From the NCBI RefSeq assembly GCF_009914755.1, contig NC_060927.1: a stretch of DNA of 64,000 bases; one strand, given 5' to 3'. Position numbers and translations under genes: made by a program. This stretch comes from the human T2T-CHM13v2.0 reference genome, Homo sapiens. Below the pieces are notes generated by a model. The model made no database searches. It had not been told where the DNA came from and worked only from the letters and a program-made list of their open reading frames with translations. This document shows positions 44,895 to 57,500 of this stretch, piece after piece (within the stretch, counting starts at the first letter, position 1; each line of letters starts with the position of its first letter).

Positions 44895-45126
44895 ATTAAC
44901 ATGGAATGCTTAGGGATGTCACTTAAATATGTAAGAATTTTTTATCATGTCTTTAAGCCATCTATAATTGATGTTCAAATGTGAATAATGATTCTTAGAT
45001 TTTTTCTTCATTAATAATAGTTGAATGTTTTACAAATAGAAAGTTATAGTAATTACTGAATATATGTAACTTATTCCCACAAGGCAAAATTTTGATTTAA
45101 AGCATAACTGAAACATAACTGTGTAG

Positions 45127-45479
<353 letters not shown>

Positions 45480-46949
45480 CAAAATTTATTTTTTAACATC
45501 ATTTTTTAAAAAGTCTGTGGTGCACTTAAAACAACTATCCCCCAATTCCTAGTAAGGTGTCAGTTTTCTGCAAGTACTTAATGGTATCTGGACTAAGTGT
45601 ACATTTCAAAACACTCACATTATGAGTTAATGCATTTGCAACAAACTTCTGAGTGAAGTCAGATATTGCCTAGGTTGCAAATAAAAAATGCAAAGGAGTG
45701 AGGACTTAAGACCTATTGAGTACCCCTGGAACCCTTAATGGTTTTCTTTGCTTCCTTTTCTCTCTTAATAGACAATCATCCCACCTAGGACCATACTAAT
45801 CAAACAATACACAAATGTTTCATGTTAAGGCTCAGAATCATAGACTCATATAATCAGGAGATTGGAAGGAAACACAAAAAGTAAGACTTTTCAAGACAAC
45901 CTCATTCACACTGTTTACTTGAATTATTTACTCTTGTTTTATTATTAATTTTTATGCTGTTCAATTGACTACAATTCAAAACCCAGTGTATTCATACCAT
46001 GTGCTAAGATATGCTCCTTCCTATATGTGTTCCTCTAAAGAACCATCTGGATCTTGTGGGGGATATTTTCCTTTGTGGTATCAAAGCCAGGAGCTCGTGG
46101 TTTTCCTTTATTTTTTAAGGGAACACTATCATGTAGCATCTGGGACCAGAAAGAAATCTTGATGTTATATATTTTACAGATATTTTCTTTTTGGATTTTT
46201 TTTCCTCTAAGAGAAAAGCTTTTGTTAATGTGTCATGTAAAAATACATTAACTAGTAACTTGTCAAGAAGTGCTAGATTCCATTCTTGTGCGGGTCCATT
46301 TATATATGTTCCTGAACAGCTAATATTTCATTTAGTTTCCAATTAAACTTGCTCAAATACATTTTTGAAGTGCATTGCTTAAAATTTACATTCAAGGCAA
46401 GAAAACGAGTTTGTCAGTAAATGTAGTAATTAAGGAAGTCCCAAGTCTGTATTTTTAAGATACTAGAGGTAATTGTAACTAATCACTTTAACTTAAAGAA
46501 ATAGAATTGGAAATACCCCCCTCCCCCCGCCACCCCCTACCAAAACCATACCTTAGTCACTTTGGAATTATAACCGTCTTTTACGTCTATCAATATAAAT
46601 GTATTGCATTTGGCATTCAAATTACTTTCAAAGGGATAAATTTCGAATTTTTTTTTTTCATTGTAGCTTCTGATCTTTAAATGTACTGAACAGGAGGATT
46701 TGGGGAGCTTGTCTTGTCTGATAGGTGTTAAGTATCTATGACGACAAATTTGAGCTGAAGCAATGTGCAATATGGACTAGTAATATCTTCACAAGACTAT
46801 TTTGGAAATTCTCACGTTGATGTTATTAATGACGTGGGTTTATTAGCATTTGGGTAATTAAGAAAAAACAGTACTAGAATTTAAAAAAAAGAAAAAAAAA
46901 GGTAAGAAGGGCGAAACAGAGTTCTCCACTCCTCTCCCAACCCTCATTC

Positions 46950-48840
46950 CTTTGGAGGCTCGCGCCCTCTTGGAATAGCAGGTTCCTGCATGTGCCAGAA
47001 ATCCGGTCCCGGCAAAGCTAGACGCTCTGCAATGACAGGCGTTCCCAGCTAGGGACTCCTGGCTGCTTGGAGCTTGAAAACACCTGGCGTGGTTCTCGAG
47101 GGCCCTAGAGGCTCCTGCTACGGACTGGTCGGCTCTGGGGTTGTAGGCAGAAGGCTCTAAGCGGTCGGAAGGGTTTCCTGTGTGTCAGCAACTTCACTTT
47201 GCCGAGATAGCTGGCGGAAGAGGGAAGGAGCGCTCGCGGGCCAATCGCCTGCCAGCAGCCACCTTGGAGCGCACCCCTCTCCCTCGCCGCCGACTCCGGT
47301 AGCAGCGTGCCGGCAGAGGCTGAACACACTCGGCCTCGGCGGAGACCTGCTCCCCAGAAGACGCCTCCTGCTTCCCACTGCGCCCTGGAGGACGCGGGCT
47401 GGCTGCTGGGCGAGCTCGGCGGAGGCACGCCCCTCGCCTCCCCGCGGAGTGCGGACTCGCCCCGGTGCCCAAACTCCGCCCACCCTCTAGGGAGCTCCGC
47501 TCTCCCGCCTAACCCCGGCACTCCGGACAGAGCTGGGCCTGGGGAAGGGGTTCCTGAACTACGCGGACGCCGAACGGGACGCGCTGCAGAAGCGCACGAG
47601 TCTGCGGCCACGCGCGCTCCGATGGCTGCCAGGAGCTGAGCTCAGGGTGGGCGGAGGAAGCGGTTAGACGCCCCGAAACTGAGCTGCACGTTTCTAAGGT
47701 AGGGAGGAGGAAGATGCCCCCAATTAAGTTGATCTTTGAGCCAAGGAGGCTGGGGAGCAGCCTCCCCAAGCTAGAGCCCTGCAGAGCGAGTTTCCCTTGA
47801 CCTCGCTGCGCCTCTGGCGCGCTCTGCAGCGCGGACCCGCGGCCCCTCGGGAAAGCGCAGTCGGAAAGTTATCCGCGGCGGTTCCCTGCGCGCCCTGTTG
47901 TGTAAGCTCGGCGTTGCCAGCGGACGGAGAAGTTGCTGGCTTGCCCGATAGCCCAGTTCGGTGGCGGCCCGGGGCGGATTTCATGGCCCGCGGCGAACGC
48001 GGGGCCAGAGCTGGCGTGGGCGAGCCCCTGCGCGCCCCCTCCCGCGGGGATCCAGTTCGCCTGCTCCCTTCCGCTCGCTGGCTTTTCCGATGCTTGCTGC
48101 GCCCCTGGCCGCCGCTGCCCTCTCGCCGCCTCCTACCCCTCGGAGCCGCCGCCTAAGTCGAGGAGGAGAGAATGACCGAGGTGCTGTGGCCGGCTGTCCC
48201 CAACGGGACGGACGCTGCCTTCCTGGCCGGTCCGGGTTCGTCCTGGGGGAACAGCACGGTCGCCTCCACTGCCGCCGTCTCCTCGTCGTTCAAATGCGCC
48301 TTGACCAAGACGGGCTTCCAGTTTTACTACCTGCCGGCTGTCTACATCTTGGTATTCATCATCGGCTTCCTGGGCAACAGCGTGGCCATCTGGATGTTCG
48401 TCTTCCACATGAAGCCCTGGAGCGGCATCTCCGTGTACATGTTCAATTTGGCTCTGGCCGACTTCTTGTACGTGCTGACTCTGCCAGCCCTGATCTTCTA
48501 CTACTTCAATAAAACAGACTGGATCTTCGGGGATGCCATGTGTAAACTGCAGAGGTTCATCTTTCATGTGAACCTCTATGGCAGCATCTTGTTTCTGACA
48601 TGCATCAGTGCCCACCGGTACAGCGGTGTGGTGTACCCCCTCAAGTCCCTGGGCCGGCTCAAAAAGAAGAATGCGATCTGTATCAGCGTGCTGGTGTGGC
48701 TCATTGTGGTGGTGGCGATCTCCCCCATCCTCTTCTACTCAGGTACCGGGGTCCGCAAAAACAAAACCATCACCTGTTACGACACCACCTCAGACGAGTA
48801 CCTGCGAAGTTATTTCATCTACAGCATGTGCACGACCGTG
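46950..48840. promoter_or_regulatory. CpG island: P2RY1 promoter, 5'UTR and 5' half of the CDS
   Basis: Abrupt shift to GC/CpG-rich sequence; CCAAT at 47241; GC boxes near 47473, 47646 and 47971; no obvious TATA box. Confidence 0.92.
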
Positions 48841-49293
48841 GCCATGTTCTGTGTCCCCTTGGTGCTGATTCTGGGCTGTTACGGATTAATTGTGAGAGCT
48901 TTGATTTACAAAGATCTGGACAACTCTCCTCTGAGGAGAAAATCGATTTACCTGGTAATCATTGTACTGACTGTTTTTGCTGTGTCTTACATCCCTTTCC
49001 ATGTGATGAAAACGATGAACTTGAGGGCCCGGCTTGATTTTCAGACCCCAGCAATGTGTGCTTTCAATGACAGGGTTTATGCCACGTATCAGGTGACAAG
49101 AGGTCTAGCAAGTCTCAACAGTTGTGTGGACCCCATTCTCTATTTCTTGGCGGGAGATACTTTCAGAAGGAGACTCTCCCGAGCCACAAGGAAAGCTTCT
49201 AGAAGAAGTGAGGCAAATTTGCAATCCAAGAGTGAAGACATGACCCTCAATATTTTACCTGAGTTCAAGCAGAATGGAGATACAAGCCTGTGA
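48172..49293 (+). CDS. P2RY1: P2Y purinoceptor 1 (class A GPCR, ADP receptor), 373 aa, uninterrupted ORF
   Basis: MTEVLWPAVPNGTD N-terminus; seven hydrophobic segments; GN (TM1), LALAD (TM2), HRY in place of DRY, DPILY (TM7); C-terminal PDZ ligand DTSL. Confidence 0.99.
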   Translation: MTEVLWPAVPNGTDAAFLAGPGSSWGNSTVASTAAVSSSFKCALTKTGFQFYYLPAVYILVFIIGFLGNSVAIWMFVFHMKPWSGISVYMFNLALADFLYVLTLPALIFYYFNKTDWIFGDAMCKLQRFIFHVNLYGSILFLTCISAHRYSGVVYPLKSLGRLKKKNAICISVLVWLIVVVAISPILFYSGTGVRKNKTITCYDTTSDEYLRSYFIYSMCTTVAMFCVPLVLILGCYGLIVRALIYKDLDNSPLRRKSIYLVIIVLTVFAVSYIPFHVMKTMNLRARLDFQTPAMCAFNDRVYATYQVTRGLASLNSCVDPILYFLAGDTFRRRLSRATRKASRRSEANLQSKSEDMTLNILPEFKQNGDTSL

Positions 49294-52200
49294 AGGCACA
49301 AGAATCTCCAAACACCTCTCTGTTGTAATATGGTAGGATGCTTAACAGAATCAAGTACTTTTCCCCTCTTTAACTTTCTAGTTTAGAAAAAAATCAAACC
49401 AAGAAAATAGTGAGTTAAAAAAATAATAGAAGTAGAAATGCCCACATCCACACTTAGCTTGTTTGGGTTTGCTTTCACAGTCTCTCTTCCTTCTGACTAG
49501 AAGTATGTATAATAAAACAATACTACCTAGTTAAACATTTACTTTCTCTTTTGCCTTTAAAATGTGCAGGCTTTTCTGTTTAAAGTGTGTGTGCACATGA
49601 GTACTGGGGCTGTTTTTGATATTAGTAATTTCTCTAAGAAAACTAGCCCCCTGCAACTTGAGTTTGTGGTTTATCTAGCCTTTATTGTTTTTTTAAAATC
49701 CACAGTAGGAATAAAAAATCTATATTCTCAGAAATATCTAGCATGGTATATAACAAAACACTAAACTCATCAGTTCATCCGGCATCAGATCAATGGATCT
49801 CTGAGCGGGGTGTTTTTTTCAGTGTCTTATAAGCATAGATGATAGTTGACTGAGTTTCTTTAGGGCATTGAATAGACAAGTAAAGCTAATGAATTTAAAA
49901 GCCTGAAAAGTGATTGTTTTCCAGTTATTTCTGGAAAAGGTCTCATTATATATTGGGTGCTAAATGTTTGATGGGGAAAGCCTGCATATATTATCGTACT
50001 GGTAAAATGCATTCAAAATAATTAAAGTGCATGTATTTTCCTTGTAAACACCATGAGCTCTCTTAGACATCTTGTGATAAAGAGCATTTACTTGCCCCAC
50101 TGCTGTGCAATGCCTTAGGACTTTGTTTGTGTTCCAGGACAAGTGTTCACTCACATCTGTAAAAACAATTTTAAGAATTGCAAATAAATTACAGACCAAA
50201 GATTGAGTAAAGTCAAATAACTGTTAGTAAGTTGAAGGATATTGGACAGGAGGACAGTATTTCAGAAAAGGAGAGGTTGACAGTCATCCACAAGGCATAG
50301 CCTCCAAGTATACTCTCAAATGTATGAAGCAACTGGGGTGGGCAGAAGACATTTTAGAATGAGGGCTTTAGTTTAAATTAAAGTCATGGTGGAGAAGACT
50401 CTTGCTTCCTCCAAGTGTTTGAAAACACAAAATGCGATATGAAAAGAAGAAATAGAATTTGTATAGGTTGCATTGATAGAATGGGAAGCTATAATCTTTG
50501 AATAAACCTTACATCTCAATATTTAAAGAAAAAACATATATATGGAGGGAAATATAGAGAATTAAAGTACCTAGATGCCATAGCACTGAAAAGTAAAGTA
50601 CTACTCAAACTACTAATAGAAGACTATTGGTCAGTGTTTTCTATTATATTTGTTCTCTGCCAGGTGTTAATGAAAAATTTGTAAAATGCTTCAACAGTGT
50701 TAATAATTTTAATGAATATTGAATTGCTGCATGTCTAGTCCTTGAAATGGTCAAATTCTATATAATGAGAATAACAAGGTGAGATAATGCAATTGACAAT
50801 CCCAAACAAATCCAGTGTCAAAGGAATTTTTAGTTTTGGAAGCTATCCCTCATAAAGTCAACATCAGAGTTTGCAACTGATGGTGGCATAACTTGTTTGA
50901 AAGCACTTTACAAGTAGAGCAACATGGGGCTGTATGTTAAGGCAAGAAAGAACCTTAGTGCCCCGTGGACCATAATGACAGGAAATTTTCAGGTCTTGAT
51001 TTCAGTTCTTGCAATGCCTATGTAGATTGAGGATTTGTGAGACCTTCAGAGTAGCTTCACTTTACCCAATCTCTGGCCACTAAGATCAATGAAGAAAAGC
51101 TGTATTTAACCTTCCAAAGCAGTGATTCTTTTTACATGTTCAGTTTTAATGCATAGGATTATAGAAACCAAATCAAGAAGAAACCTACTACACCTCCTTA
51201 TTTTGAGGAAAGAGAGGGTTAGCAAAGTTCTCACTTCATCAGGCTCAAATAACATCCGTTTTAGATTCCTACAAGACAAAATCTAAAATATGTCATTACT
51301 TTATTGACCTTGTTAAACAAGATCAATATCATTAAACTGACCAAGATGGAAATTACAGGACTTGTACCAGACTTGAACTTGTAGCCTAATGATACACATT
51401 TTTACAATATTTCTTCACCATTTAGTTTTCTTTCTTTTAGGTCTCAGGATGCTCAGCTTAATTTAGAGTATGTGTTAAGTACATTGTTTCAGCGTCCAGA
51501 GAATTTTGTGAGTGTGGATCCAGTGAGGAGGTGAACAGTAACTAGAAATGCTTGTTTACTACTTGGCATGTTTTTTCCAAAGTGTTTCTTCTTTAGCTTC
51601 ATACATCACATATGGACACTGATGACATGTGAATGCATGCCACATAGTAACAAGAATGATCTTGCCAACTCCTTCCAAGCCAAAAGAAGCCTCTGGGAAG
51701 GTGTGCCAATGGTGAAAACGTACAGAGGGTCAGGGTGAAGCAGTGATCTCTATTGGCTGAAAAACTGATCAGGTCATATGATGATTGAAGTATGTTTATT
51801 GTAAGGGCAGAAATGTGTTGGCATTTGGATAAAAAACTGCTAACATTATAGAACTTATTACCTAACAAAATTTCACACCACAAAAAATATTTTAATGGCA
51901 AATTCAAGGTGTTTTATTGCTTACAAATCAGCATCTTTGACTCTTTGAACATCAATTTGTGTTTACATTGAAATGACAAAAAGACAAACTAAGAAGAAAT
52001 ACAGCATGCAAGTTGGAATTCAGAGTTAAAACCATGATGTTGCCGCTCAGCCAGCTATGTGACTGTTGACCCTTTCAAGAACACACATGGATTTAAAAGT
52101 TGGATGACATCCATTGTTGGGGCCTTGGGGGATATGGTAAAGCATGAAAACTAAACAGCCAGGAGCCTGTGAAATCTGCTACTGTATTTTCCAGGACTTC

Positions 52201-53651
52201 ATTCCACTCCTTGGCTAAAAAAATCTTGGAAGTTTCACAGATTATGATGTGGACCTGTCACCTGTAAATTGTCTCAATCTACTCAGACAAGACACTAAAC
52301 TGTCTTTGGATACTATAGATGTCAGTGCTTATAGCAGCTGGAATTTGGCTAGTGACAATGTTTAAAGATGTAATACTAGTTAGTATCTATTGAAGCTTAA
52401 ACTTTGCTGGTCAGGTTGTAGCTATTGTAAAAGTATTTATTGAAGAAGCTCACAGTCCTTCAGTTGTACAGACTGAAAAACTTTCATGAAAGATCCAACA
52501 TACTAATGTAAATTATATTTATTACAATGTATGATATTAATGTGTCAAACTGGTGTATTTTACAAAATATATAATGCATACATAAATAAGAGTTGTATAT
52601 TACAGTGCTTTTCAAATATCAGTGTCTTGGAATATTTAAGTCTTCACATTTTTTGGTCTAAAATATGAAAATGTTTCATGATACAAGTGATTAATTTTCC
52701 CTAGTAGTGCTTTTGCATGTTTGCCTTTTTATTTAAGTTTTTTTCTATATAGACACAATTTGGTGTCAGACTATCATAAGATCGATAGTGAATATAAAAT
52801 ATCTTAGCCAAATGGGGTCTGTATTGTCTACATTTTATATATTAAATAAAAGTTTTTGTTGTCTTTTCAGGAGGTTTAGAGTATTGTCACTAAATATGAT
52901 CAAAGCTTCCCTTTCCAAATGCAAAAGTCTTGTCCTACATTTAAAGTTGATCTGTCATGTTTTAGCAGTCAAGTGGGATGGGCATTATATAAACAACGTT
53001 ACAATGTAAGGAAAATCTTTAAGGAGATGGGGAGAGAAAAAGGCAGCTGGTATAATCGGTTACTGCTGCTTAGTTCTACTTAATTTTTTGTGTTGCTTCT
53101 TCTTAAGGTGAGATAGCATAATCTTAACTGTTTTGAGATGGAATTTTAAAGTAACACACTACCAGCGAGTTCAACACTGCTATTGATTTTAATCTGTTTT
53201 TTTTTGTTTAGTTGATAACTTAAATTCCAAGTTTCATAGTGATAATTGTATATTATTTGGCTGCTGAATTCTGTTAGAGTTTTTTATTCTGTTGTACATT
53301 GTATTATACACATAATCACAAATTAATATGAAGGTGAATATATGTTACATATCAAAATTTGTGAATTTGAATTATAGTATGTTTTAGTGCTATTGCAAAA
53401 AATGTTTATTTTTATATTATCTGTGATTTTAATATAGATGATTGAACTAGATTTCTTTTTGAGTGATAGTGCCATTGAATGAGCAGTATGGAAACAGTGT
53501 TACTTGATATTTTGAGCTTTCTCAGGTTTATCTAAATCAGTGGTAGCTTAACAAAACCCAGACTAATTGTGTGTAATTGTATTTTTAATAAAAGGAAAGT
53601 ACATTTCCTATAATAGCATAGTACTGTTTGCATGTAAGAGTATGCAAAACC

Positions 53652-53652
<1 letters not shown>

Positions 53653-53686
<34 letters not shown>
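53653..53686 (+). repeat. (TG)17 microsatellite
   Basis: Perfect TG run. Confidence 0.97.
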
Positions 53687-53688
<2 letters not shown>

Positions 53689-53808
53689 TTAGTGTGTGTA
53701 AGGCATGGCAGCCAACTTTGTATCTGCTATTTTTAGTACGAGCAGAGCTTCATAATTGTGGTCACTAGAACTGTACTTACCATGGACAGTTAAAACTGAA
53801 AAAGACTC

Positions 53809-53814
53809 AATAAA
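53809..53814 (+). terminator. Candidate distal polyadenylation signal
   Basis: AATAAA followed by a CA and G/T-rich sequence; upstream TGTA elements. Confidence 0.6.
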
Positions 53815-55919
53815 ACTATGAAACATGGTTTGATGGCTTCTATGTTATTACAGTGTTAATACTCACAAGTTTTGCCAAACTTTAACAAATAATGTACAGA
53901 CTGAGAAGTACTGTAAAACACATTGAACTAATTCAGTTGTTTTTTAAGGTGAAGACTGGGCTCTAAAAACTACGGTGTTAAAGGTAGAATCCTGGTGCAA
54001 GATAGGTAAAATTATCAATATTTGATATTCAATTGCCAATAGGAATGTGAGCTAATTTTTTATTGTAAAATACTTCATGCTACCTTAATGTGTGCTTCTC
54101 ATACTGGTGTTCTGTGTTTAAAATGTTGGCTGTAATTTTTTCTCATCTAATTTTTAATCAGGGTAACCACGCTAATAATTCTTTGTGGATTCTATTTATT
54201 AGCATACATCACCTGCTTTTTCCAGGTTTGTTAAAAAATGTATTGTGCCACAGTGAAAATGGTGTACAATGAAATGGGAGCATGCTTAAAGCATTACCTT
54301 TTTTTTTACCTCAGTTGAGAAGGTAAGTGCACAATGGTCCTGTGTTTGGGTTTTCTGGTTGTGTGCTGAGATAGGTGCTCTATAAGGGAAACCTGTGGGT
54401 AGAAAATACAGATTTCTTGCAGCCTTTAAGACGTGTGTCAGTCAGTATTAACTCCTTAATTAGATGTACTATGCAGACTTTGCCTTTTGGGAATCCTCAT
54501 TTATTAACATCAGCTTGAGTAGAGTTTTCTGTGGGCATATATGTATGTATGTGTGTGTGTATGTGTCTTAGTACATACATAGAAATTATATAGGAGATAA
54601 TTATCTTTCTGACTTAATAATTTACCCTAAAGCTTTGAGCACCTTTTGATTTTTGAAATCACTGAGGGATTAAAGTCAGAGACCCTTTTCTCTCTACAAG
54701 TTAATATCCATTTTGATTCCCTCTCCTATTTTAATGATCTGAAAAGTTTATTTTCTTTCTTCAGGAGATTTTAGAATTTTTCCCCAAAATATGGTCAGAT
54801 CAAATACAAAAAGCTTGTCCTAAATTCAAAGTAGATCTATTATGGCTTAGAAGTCTGATAGGATGGGGCATTACAGACAAAGCAGATGTCACTAGAAATC
54901 CATGTTAATGTTAACACTGTGCATACTTGGTTAATCCTGCAAGGTTATATTGCCTTGGGCTGGACCCTGGGGACTGACATCCCCAGTCAGCATGGCTGCT
55001 GGGACTGACAGTTCTAACAGCAGCTGTGGATGGAGTCAGGCCCCTGGGCTGAGCAGCTGACAGAACTGCAACTCTTTGGGAATGGAAGTGGGTAGGGGAC
55101 AGGGGATGGGAGGCAAGTGGAGGCTGTTGGTACTTCAAAGAGGGGGAAAAATGCACTGTCTTTCCTGATTACCTGATAGGGAGAAATCACAACTGTGCAA
55201 AGTTGGAAAATTCATGAAGAAGACAGACTAAAAAAGATAGAGACCTTGGAAATGATCCACATCCATCACCTTGGTTTATAGGTGAGACTAAAATATTCAC
55301 ATTCAAAAGTGGAGCTAGTAAAGAATGTGGCGTTCTCATTTCTAAAACATTCCTCTCGTATCCCAAGACCTTTCAAACTGTAGGTCTTGACTCATGAAAG
55401 TGTCATGGAATAAATATGATGGGTTATGATTGACACTAACGAAATAGAATAGATCAGAGGCCATAACTCAGTAAGTAATTGTGGTTTTAATTTCAGACAC
55501 ACATACTAACACAACACAATGCATATACATACATTTACCTGTATTCGTGGCATGGGTCGCAGTGGACATTTCATTTTCTATTGTTGACATCATCAGAAAA
55601 GTTTGAAAATTCACTGCTACTCAGTAAAAAAGTGGCATAGAGTTAAAGGAATAGAGGATAAGAGGTTGTTTTTCAAAATTATTTTAACATAAATGCAGAG
55701 ATAATTATGTTACTTGCACTTATTCTTTTTTCTTTTAATGTTATTTTCTTCTGAATATCCCTTTCTGAAGTCCCAAAGAAATTAAAGCATCCTTTTAGCC
55801 TACATCTAAGAATGACTATTTGTAGTTAATATAATTGAACCCCAGCTTTATGTAAACTTTGATAGCTTAACCTTCGTACTGTTTCCTCTGGTTTGAAGAG
55901 TTAACAGCAAAAGAGCAAA

Positions 55920-56110
55920 CCTTCACTGTTTGACAGCATCAGCTTTGCAGTCAAAAAAACCTTAGCCTTGAGCCCACCTCTGCCACTTACTACTTGTGTA
56001 CCCTGGGCAAGTTATTTAAACCTTGTTTGTTGTGTGTTCCTCAACCATAAAGTGGGCATTATAAGATGCAGTTCATAGGATATTGGAAGAATAGGCAAAG
56101 CATACAAAGT
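55920..56110. mobile_element. MIR fragment
   Basis: CTCTGCCACTTACTACTTGTGTACCCTGGGCAAGTTATTTAA. Confidence 0.7.
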
Positions 56111-56899
56111 ATGCCATTCTTGAGGCTGCTAAGGATTTTGCCACTCCATTAGCTATTTTATTGTTATTCTTATTGTTGTTCTATAATTTCTATTGTCTTC
56201 TTCCACACCATGGAGGCTTTGTGGGATTGAGAGATTGAGTGCATTTAATATTGTTCTTTTGGATACTCCATTGAATGTCTGAGGTCCGAATAACAGGCAA
56301 GTATTCAACTTTTTGATGCTTTGCACTGTGATATGCACTCTATGGGACAAAGACACAGAAGACAAAGTATGTGTAATTAAAAATATATTACAAGAAGGTC
56401 TTCTGACCTCTTCATCTGGGCCTTACCTCTCTAGTTCATGGTTTATTTTCAGTTACTGCAGTCCAGAGTCTGGTCTTCACTTTTGCAGATTCAGAAACTT
56501 GATCTTAGCTGTTCACCTACAGTTCACCAACTCCAGAGGACTGACTCATACCAAGCAAACTGACAAGAGAATCATTTACCAACTAGATTGCCAATTTATG
56601 AGTATACAATGACTATATCTCAGTCCCAATAACATCTGTTTGTTCAAGGAGGATATAATTATGGATCATAACTTACAATTAGAATAAAAAGGTGATATTC
56701 TTGAAGAGAAATTCCAGTAAGATAGAGCAGCTGAAAGAATTGCCTATCCCAGGAGATACTGGCCTTGATAATAAGCATCTACCCTATACTCTGCCTGCCC
56801 GGAACAGTTTAGCAGCACATGGATTAAAATTTCCACATTTTGTTTACTTTCTTTTAAAACTAGTCACTACCATTCTTCTTTGCATGCAAATGATGTTTT

Positions 56900-57500
56900 A
56901 ATAATATCTCCCACCTGAGAGTATGGAAGGAGTATGGTGGTAAAGAGGGCTGCAATGTGTGCTAGGGTAGAGAGAGAGACACTTAAAAGATATCCAATTG
57001 GAAAAGTGCAGTAAGTCATTGCAAATGACATTCCAGCATTCAGGGCAGAGTTGTAGCATGAGATTAAAGTTTGAAAATCATCCACAGGCAAACAATAGCT
57101 ATTAACCAAGGAAATAGAAGCAATTATGTGGGGAGTCCATGTAGACAGAGAAGAAAAAAGGGGCAGCAAGGGAGGAGGGAGCAGTGTGCTATAAGCAACA
57201 CCACCAACAAGGATGCGATGGACAGACAGGATGGGATTGTCGTAGATGATCCAGGACTGAGACTGAGGAAATCAGTCTCAGAAGAGAATTTAGGAAGAGG
57301 TAATTCTGTGTCACCTGTTACAAAGAGGACAAAAAAGAGTCTGCTGGATTTATACATTAGAAAGCATTGGTGTTTTGGAGGGCATATTTAATAAAAATAG
57401 TAATTGTTACTGATCACTGAAGAAGTGTTTTAGTAGGAGGATTATAGGTTAGTCGCTAGAGGCAGAGAGATTAGAAATAGAAAAAGGGATAAAGAGGAAT
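56900..57500. mobile_element. Degenerate L2 fragment
   Basis: Purine-rich L2-like sequence. Confidence 0.4.

Larger units (their letters stand above)
49294..53830 (+). other. P2RY1: Probable long 3'UTR of P2RY1
   Basis: AT-rich, no recognisable interspersed repeats; AATAAA at 49511, 49710, 50183, 50501, 52845, 53587 and 53809. Confidence 0.7.

Noticed and set aside
46899-46907. Strong splice-donor-like AAG|GTAAGA
   Set aside because: Upstream of the CpG island with no supporting exon
47105-47984. Many overlapping Arg/Pro/Gly/Ala-rich ORFs on both strands
   Set aside because: Expected from stop-codon scarcity in a CpG island; most lack an ATG start and show no domain
48133-49037. Antisense (160 aa) and alternate-frame (145 aa) ORFs over P2RY1
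   Set aside because: Shadow frames of a GC-rich CDS with no independent support
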